Shown one piece after another: positions 26,243 to 32,000 of a DNA stretch of 32,000 bases (position 1 is the stretch's first letter; each line of letters opens with the position of its first letter). Below the pieces are notes generated by a model. It did not search any database. It was not told the DNA's origin and was given only the letters and a program-made list of their open reading frames with translations. Source of the stretch: Zymomonas mobilis subsp. mobilis ATCC 10988 (GTDB lineage Bacteria; Pseudomonadota; Alphaproteobacteria; Sphingomonadales; Sphingomonadaceae); the NCBI RefSeq assembly GCF_000175255.2, contig NC_017262.1:180001-212000 (forward strand), given 5' to 3'. The translations under genes were made by a program, and so were the position numbers.

Positions 26243-26596
26243 TTGACCTCTTCTAAGTTACAATCCTACATCAAAGTCGTTTTTTGGCTGATGCTGTTCA
26301 CGGCCTATGTGCTGGCTATTTTACCCGCACCTGATACGATTCATTTGGCACCCAGCGACAAAATAGACCATATTATAGCTTTCCTGACATTGACTATTCT
26401 GGCAGCTTTGGCTTGGCAAAAAACGCCTTCTTTTAAGATTGCTATAGGTCTTGGCCTTTTTGGCGCTCTCATTGAACTAACCCAAGCTATCCCCTTTATT
26501 CACCGTGATGCTGAATTGGCAGACTGGCTAGCTGATATCAGCGCCGTCTTTTTCGTGCTGCTTGTCAGAAATGCCATAAAACGATTTATGCTATAA
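26243..26596 (+). CDS. VanZ-like family membrane protein
   Basis: 117-aa ORF with 3-4 TM segments. It has SDKIDHIIAFLTL and IELTQAIPFIHRDAELADWLADISA, which resemble the DKxxH ... ExxQ ... RxxxxxD pattern I recall for the VanZ family. The TTG start has no obvious SD, so the start is uncertain. Confidence 0.5.
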   Translation: MTSSKLQSYIKVVFWLMLFTAYVLAILPAPDTIHLAPSDKIDHIIAFLTLTILAALAWQKTPSFKIAIGLGLFGALIELTQAIPFIHRDAELADWLADISAVFFVLLVRNAIKRFML

Positions 26597-26599
26597 TAA

Positions 26600-27104
26600 A
26601 ACGGGGTATCCTTCTTCCAGCTTGCTTTATACGCCATTCTCCGTGCCACTAATTCCGTGCCTCAGTTAAAACAGCGCGTTTTAAGTGACAAGGTTATCGA
26701 ATATCCCAATATCGACGGTTATGACGGCAAATGAAGGCTTCCGGCAGATCTGGTGCAAAAATACGGCTGATTTTTTATCTTTTACGAAAGCCGTTACACC
26801 TCAAATTGAAATAGCGAAAACAACAGAGGCTGCGCCCCTTAGGGTACAAAAAGAGAATTTCTTCTGCGCCAGTTGTCTCCCGTGGGTGCATTTCAGCGCA
26901 ATCACTCATGCCGAGTTTTCTTTTGGTTCAGCGGTGCCAACTCTGACATGGGGAAAATTAAAAGACGGCAAAATTCCGGTTGCCTGCAAATTCAATCATG
27001 CTTTTGTTGATGGTCTTCACGCCAGCCGCTTTTTTATGCAACTCGAATCTCTATTCGCCGATCCAGATTCGTTATGGAGAGAGCATCCGGTAGAGGGTAG
27101 ATAA
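26600..27104 (+). pseudogene. type-A chloramphenicol O-acetyltransferase (CAT) remnant: 5'-truncated and frameshifted
   Basis: The frame of 26600 reads NGVSFFQLALYAILRATNSVPQLKQRVLSDKVIEYPNID then stops at 26732. The track ORF frame (26685-27104) continues ISTVMTANEGF...SCLPWVHFSAI...VPTLTWGK...ACKFNHAFVDGLHASRF. Together these align to CAT residues from about 55 to the end, including the catalytic-His motif (HHAVCDGFH in classical CATs). About 50 N-terminal residues are missing, and there is a frame change near 26705-26715. Confidence 0.7.
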
Positions 27105-27411
27105 GAAGGTAAGGGCGATTATCGTTTAAAGTATGGTCTTTCTTAAGCCATCGAGAACAGACTTATTTAAACTTATGTTGCTGTTAGCAAAAATTGATTG
27201 CAGAAAAATCAGACCTTTATATCGTGGCCTTATAAGCTTGTCTTTTGCCGAAGGATTATCTCACTCTATATGGATGGGATTGTCACGGCCATAAAAAGGA
27301 CGACTTTTTTTGTTTATATCCTGCTTTAAAATATTTCTCTTATAATGCCGTTTTTATTCTGCTGTAGAGTGACAATCTTTTTATCTCATTTCCCTTTTTG
27401 AAGGAGCGCTG

Positions 27412-28371
27412 GTGATGAGTGCTGATCCTATATCTACCCGTGTTTTTATCCTTGGTAGTGGCCCCGCTGGATTAACCGCAGCCATTTATGCGGCTCGTGC
27501 CGGATTAAACCCGATCGTGGCACAAGGTTTGCAGCCCGGTGGTCAGTTGACAATTACAACCGAGGTCGAAAATTTCCCCGGCTTCCGTGAACCCATTCAA
27601 GGGCCTTGGTTAATGGAAGAAATGCAAGCGCAGGCTGAAAATGTCGGTGCAAAGCTGGTCTGGGACATCATTACTTCGGTCGATTTTTCCCAGCGCCCCT
27701 ATCGTTTAACGGGTGATGGTGGTCAGGTCTATTTGGCTGACAGTTTAATTATCTCAACCGGCGCACAAGCTCGTTGGCTTGGCCTCGAAAGTGAGACAGC
27801 CCTTCGTGGCAAGGGTATTTCGGCTTGCGCTACTTGTGATGGTTTCTTTTTCCGTGGAAAAAAAGTTGTCGTGATTGGGGGCGGCAATACCGCTGTTGAA
27901 GAGGCACTTTATCTGACAAATCATAGCCCTGAAGTGACGCTGATTCATCGCCGTGATAGCCTGCGGGCTGAAAAAATTATGCAAAAACGCCTTTTAGCGA
28001 ACCCAAAGATCAAAATACGCTGGAATAGCGAAGTTGCTGAATTTATTGCTGGGGAAGATAGCGCCTTATCAGCAGTCAAATTGAAAGACACGAAAACAGG
28101 CGAAGAATCTCTCCTTGAGACCGAAGGCGCCTTTATTGCTATTGGCCATAAACCAGCCACGGAACTGTTTCAGGGACATTTAAAACTTGATGATGAAGGT
28201 TATATCGAAGTTACACCCGGTACGACCCAAACCAGCATCAAAGGCATTTTTGCTTGCGGCGATGTGATGGACAAGCATTACCGTCAAGCCGTTACGGCTG
28301 CTGGAACGGGCTGTATGGCAGCGTTAGAAGCCGAGCGTTTTTTAGGTGAAATTGATTTCAAGGAAGATTGA
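27412..28371 (+). CDS. trxB: thioredoxin-disulfide reductase
   Basis: It has FAD motif ILGSGPAGLTAAIYAAR, redox-active CATCDG, and NADPH motifs GGGNTAVEEALYL / HRRD. The SD AAGGAG precedes GTG 27412 and ATG 27415; either could be the start. Confidence 0.95.
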   Translation: MMSADPISTRVFILGSGPAGLTAAIYAARAGLNPIVAQGLQPGGQLTITTEVENFPGFREPIQGPWLMEEMQAQAENVGAKLVWDIITSVDFSQRPYRLTGDGGQVYLADSLIISTGAQARWLGLESETALRGKGISACATCDGFFFRGKKVVVIGGGNTAVEEALYLTNHSPEVTLIHRRDSLRAEKIMQKRLLANPKIKIRWNSEVAEFIAGEDSALSAVKLKDTKTGEESLLETEGAFIAIGHKPATELFQGHLKLDDEGYIEVTPGTTQTSIKGIFACGDVMDKHYRQAVTAAGTGCMAALEAERFLGEIDFKED

Positions 28372-28435
28372 TTTCTTATCCTAAGCTATCTTTGGCAGAA
28401 TAATTTTATCCTATCAAAGCTAGGAGATTATTGAA

Positions 28436-28500
28436 TTCTGATTGTCGCCTTTACAATACCGTTTTAAGCGCGCGCTTTTTATAAAGGCGACGAATCAGAA
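28436..28500. repeat. long inverted repeat (18-19 nt arms) enclosing a GC palindrome, 65 nt downstream of trxB
   Basis: ttctgattgtcgccttta (28436-28453) is the reverse complement of taaaggcgac(g)aatcagaa (28482-28500) apart from one extra g. The spacer contains AAGCGCGCGCTT (28466-28477), and no U-tract follows on either strand. Confidence 0.6.
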
Positions 28501-29021
28501 TATTGAAAGGGTTGGGTGTAATCTTGAAACCCTATAACTGAATTATAAATAAAGAAGATGTGGCTAAGATAAAAAGACTTATAGAATCTGTATTTCTATA
28601 AAAGAGCGCACCACAGATTAGATCGATATTTTAGGATTACTTTTCATCTAAGGGCTGTAATAAATCAAAATATAAAATAATCACGTTATTCTGATTAGTT
28701 TAGAACCAGCGTTAATAGCCTTCAAGCTTTTACATAAGCGATTTTTTCTTTAACAATATCTTGTGCCTGTTTAAAATATTGGCAGATATTAGATTATTAA
28801 CCCAATAGAATCAAAATAAAGCAAGGCTTTCCCTGCGTCCGTCAGTATGGCGCATCCATCGACAAACTCAATTCTTATGTGGCTTTTTATAGGCGCAGAA
28901 AGGGCTGCTAATATCGGGCAAAAGCCTTAATCGCAAAGAGGCTCCTTTGTGCGGATATTTAAGCTCTAAATAGCTTGAGAACGCTATTTGAGATAAAAAA
29001 TACTGACAATTCGGCCAGATA

Positions 29022-29056
29022 CAAGAAAGCCGGAAACAATGTTTCCGGCCTTCTTG
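29022..29056 (-). terminator. rho-independent terminator of ilvC
   Basis: gccggaaac (29029-29037), loop aat, gtttccggc (29041-29049), extended by aagaa/ttctt. On the minus strand the hairpin is followed by TTTCTTGT. It lies 21 nt past the ilvC stop. Confidence 0.75.
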
Positions 29057-29076
29057 AACAATCTAGTTCTTAAAAA

Positions 29077-30141
<1,065 letters not shown>

Positions 30142-30663
30142 TTAAAAAGCATCCCGACCGCGCGCCATGGCTGCAATACCCGTGCGCGCGACTTCAACCA
30201 AGCCCAATTCACCCATAAGCTCGAGAAATTTTTCAACTTTTTCAGTTGTGCCGGTAACTTCAAAGATAAAACTGGCAATGGTCGCATCAACTACCCGGGC
30301 ATGATAAACTTCAGCCAAACGCAAGGCTTCGATACGATTATCACCCACGCCAACCACTTTAATAAGGGCTAATTCCCGTTCAACATGGGGGCCAATGGCT
30401 GTCAAATCGACAACCCGATGCACCGGCGGCAGACGGTCCAACTGGTGAACCATCTGGTCGATGACATGAGGAAGGCCACTGGTCACAATGCTTAACCGGC
30501 TTATGGCGTTATCTTTTGTGACATCCGCAACTGTCAGGCTTTCGATATTATAGCCTCTGGTAGAAAACATGCCTGAAATCCGGGCAAGAATACCAGCAAC
30601 GTTATCAACAGTGACAGAAAGCGTATGGCGCTCTATCACTTCTCCACTATCCATGATGGGCAA
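30142..30663 (-). CDS. ilvH: acetolactate synthase (AHAS) small regulatory subunit
   Basis: 173-aa ORF with an N-terminal ACT domain (HTLSVTVDNVAGILARISGMFSTRGYNIESLTV) and a C-terminal AHAS-small-subunit domain. It is located between ilvI and ilvC. Confidence 0.93.
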   Translation of the reverse strand: MPIMDSGEVIERHTLSVTVDNVAGILARISGMFSTRGYNIESLTVADVTKDNAISRLSIVTSGLPHVIDQMVHQLDRLPPVHRVVDLTAIGPHVERELALIKVVGVGDNRIEALRLAEVYHARVVDATIASFIFEVTGTTEKVEKFLELMGELGLVEVARTGIAAMARGRDAF

Positions 30664-30675
30664 AGTCCTTAAAGA

Positions 30676-32000
30676 TTAACCGCGAATGGTGGTCGCAGAC
30701 GGAGGCGCAGCGGAAGGGGTATATTCCGGCTTCTTGACATGGTTATCGGTGATATCCGATTCCAAAATCATTTCAGTCTGGCCGGCTCCCGGCGGCACCA
30801 TGGGCAAACAATTCGCTAATTGAGCAACCTGACAATCAACCAAGACAGGCCCCGGCGTTTCCAACATCGTTTTGATGCCATCTTCAAGCTGGGAAGGCTT
30901 CTCAATTTTAAGCGCATTCCAGCCATAGGCCTTGGCCAAAGCGACAAAATCAGGCAGCGCTTCTGAATAGCTTTGTGACCGGCGATGATCATAAAGCAAA
31001 TCTTGCCACTGACGCACCATGCCCATGAAACGGTTATTCAAGATGAAAATTTTCACCGGCAAACGATATTGAGCAACCGTAGCCATTTCCTGAATATTCA
31101 TCTGGAAAGAGGCTTCACCAGCAATCGTCATGCAGAGGCTGTCTGGATTACCGACCTGCGCGCCAATAATAGACGGGAAACCATAGCCCATCGTTCCCAA
31201 ACCACCTGAAGTCAGGAAATGATTGGGAGAGTCAAAACCAAAATATTGAGCGGTCCACATCTGATGCTGTCCGACTTCTGTCGAGACGATCGGATTCTTA
31301 CCCTTTGTGGCTTCCCACAGGCTACGGATAGCCTGCTGCGGCATGATCTCGTTACCCTGCTTGGTAAAGTTCAGGCATTGTTTGGCGCGCCATTCATCAA
31401 TCTGCACCCACCATGCCGAAATATCCTGCATCTGGTAATGCTTTTCTTTCCAAAGCGCGACCATGTCCTGCATGACTGATCCGACATCACCCACAATCGG
31501 TAAGTCCACATGGATGATACGGTTGATCGAAGAACGATCAATATCGACATGGATTTTCTTGGAATGAGGTGAAAAGCTATCAACCCGACATGTCACACGA
31601 TCATCAAAGCGGCTGCCAAGGGCAACCACTAAATCAGCGTCATGCATGGCAAAATTGGCTTCATAAGTGCCGTGCATACCAAGCATACCCAACCATTGCT
31701 GGGAAGAGGCTGGAAATGCGCCCAGGCCCATCAGGGTTGAGGTTACCGGAACACCCGTCAAGTCGGCCAATTCACGCAAGGCTTTGCTGGCATCGGGACC
31801 AGAATTGATAACGCCGCCACCAGTATAGAAAACCGGACGCTTTGCCTTGGCAATCATATCAAGAGCGTTGGTGATTTCGACTGGATCCGCTTTAACACGC
31901 GGACGATAACCGCGATGCATCCGCTTGTTAGGATCCGGTTTGATATAGTCGATAACCGCCGTCTGAACATTTTTCGGAAGGTCAATAACCACCGGTCCCG
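30676..32000 (-). CDS. ilvI: acetolactate synthase large (catalytic) subunit; N-terminus lies beyond the window edge
   Basis: It is a ThDP enzyme with GGLGTMGYGFPSIIGAQV and ...NNRFMGMVRQWQ motifs. The reading frame stays open to nt 32000, so the M at 31992 in the track is an artefact of the window edge. Confidence 0.93.
   Translation of the reverse strand, partial: GPVVIDLPKNVQTAVIDYIKPDPNKRMHRGYRPRVKADPVEITNALDMIAKAKRPVFYTGGGVINSGPDASKALRELADLTGVPVTSTLMGLGAFPASSQQWLGMLGMHGTYEANFAMHDADLVVALGSRFDDRVTCRVDSFSPHSKKIHVDIDRSSINRIIHVDLPIVGDVGSVMQDMVALWKEKHYQMQDISAWWVQIDEWRAKQCLNFTKQGNEIMPQQAIRSLWEATKGKNPIVSTEVGQHQMWTAQYFGFDSPNHFLTSGGLGTMGYGFPSIIGAQVGNPDSLCMTIAGEASFQMNIQEMATVAQYRLPVKIFILNNRFMGMVRQWQDLLYDHRRSQSYSEALPDFVALAKAYGWNALKIEKPSQLEDGIKTMLETPGPVLVDCQVAQLANCLPMVPPGAGQTEMILESDITDNHVKKPEYTPSAAPPSATTIRG

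Noticed and set aside
28372-29076. tRNA, SRP RNA, tmRNA, 6S RNA or CRISPR in the long spacer (also considered for 27105-27411)
   Set aside because: I found no T-loop (GGTTCGAATCC-like) or other conserved core motifs that I can recognise, and no repeat-spacer periodicity. An sRNA cannot be excluded, but none can be called from sequence alone.

Overview
This window looks like conserved chromosomal core from a moderately AT-rich alphaproteobacterium of the Sphingomonadales type. Gene order and protein sequences are what I would expect from Zymomonas mobilis, but that is from memory and was not searched. About 35 protein genes are supported.

Gene content, left to right:
- tamB-like 3' end, an isolated astB, and a small cell-wall recycling group (nagZ, ABM-fold protein, BadF-type sugar kinase)
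- a secreted CocE/NonD (S15) hydrolase
- recA with an alphaproteobacterial SOS box, then comF
- phoR | phoU-phoB, with phased Pho boxes in the gap and no pstSCAB
- psd-pssA
- an AT-rich two-gene insert (Asp/Glu-racemase-family protein plus a small membrane protein)
- the conserved block rpsB-tsf-pyrH-frr-uppS-cdsA-dxr-rseP-bamA-skp-fabZ
- rpmE, a VanZ-like gene, and a 5'-truncated, frameshifted type-A chloramphenicol acetyltransferase remnant
- trxB, a ~700 nt AT-rich gene-less spacer, and ilvC-ilvH-ilvI on the minus strand (ilvI runs off the window)

I saw no rRNA, tRNA, CRISPR array, transposase or integrase. I found no convincing multi-gene novel system; most of the window is housekeeping.

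The observations most worth a second look:
1. An unusually long BamA (1075 aa) with a ~200-residue low-complexity periplasmic N-terminal extension and an enlarged Cys-containing surface loop.
2. A 24-codon upstream ORF with a strong Shine-Dalgarno (SD) sequence whose stop overlaps the bamA GTG start.
3. The AT-rich racemase islet, whose enzyme lacks one of the two canonical catalytic cysteines.
4. The VanZ-like gene plus decayed cat locus.
5. The long non-coding spacer between trxB and ilvC.

All product calls rest on motif recognition from memory. No database search or computation was run.
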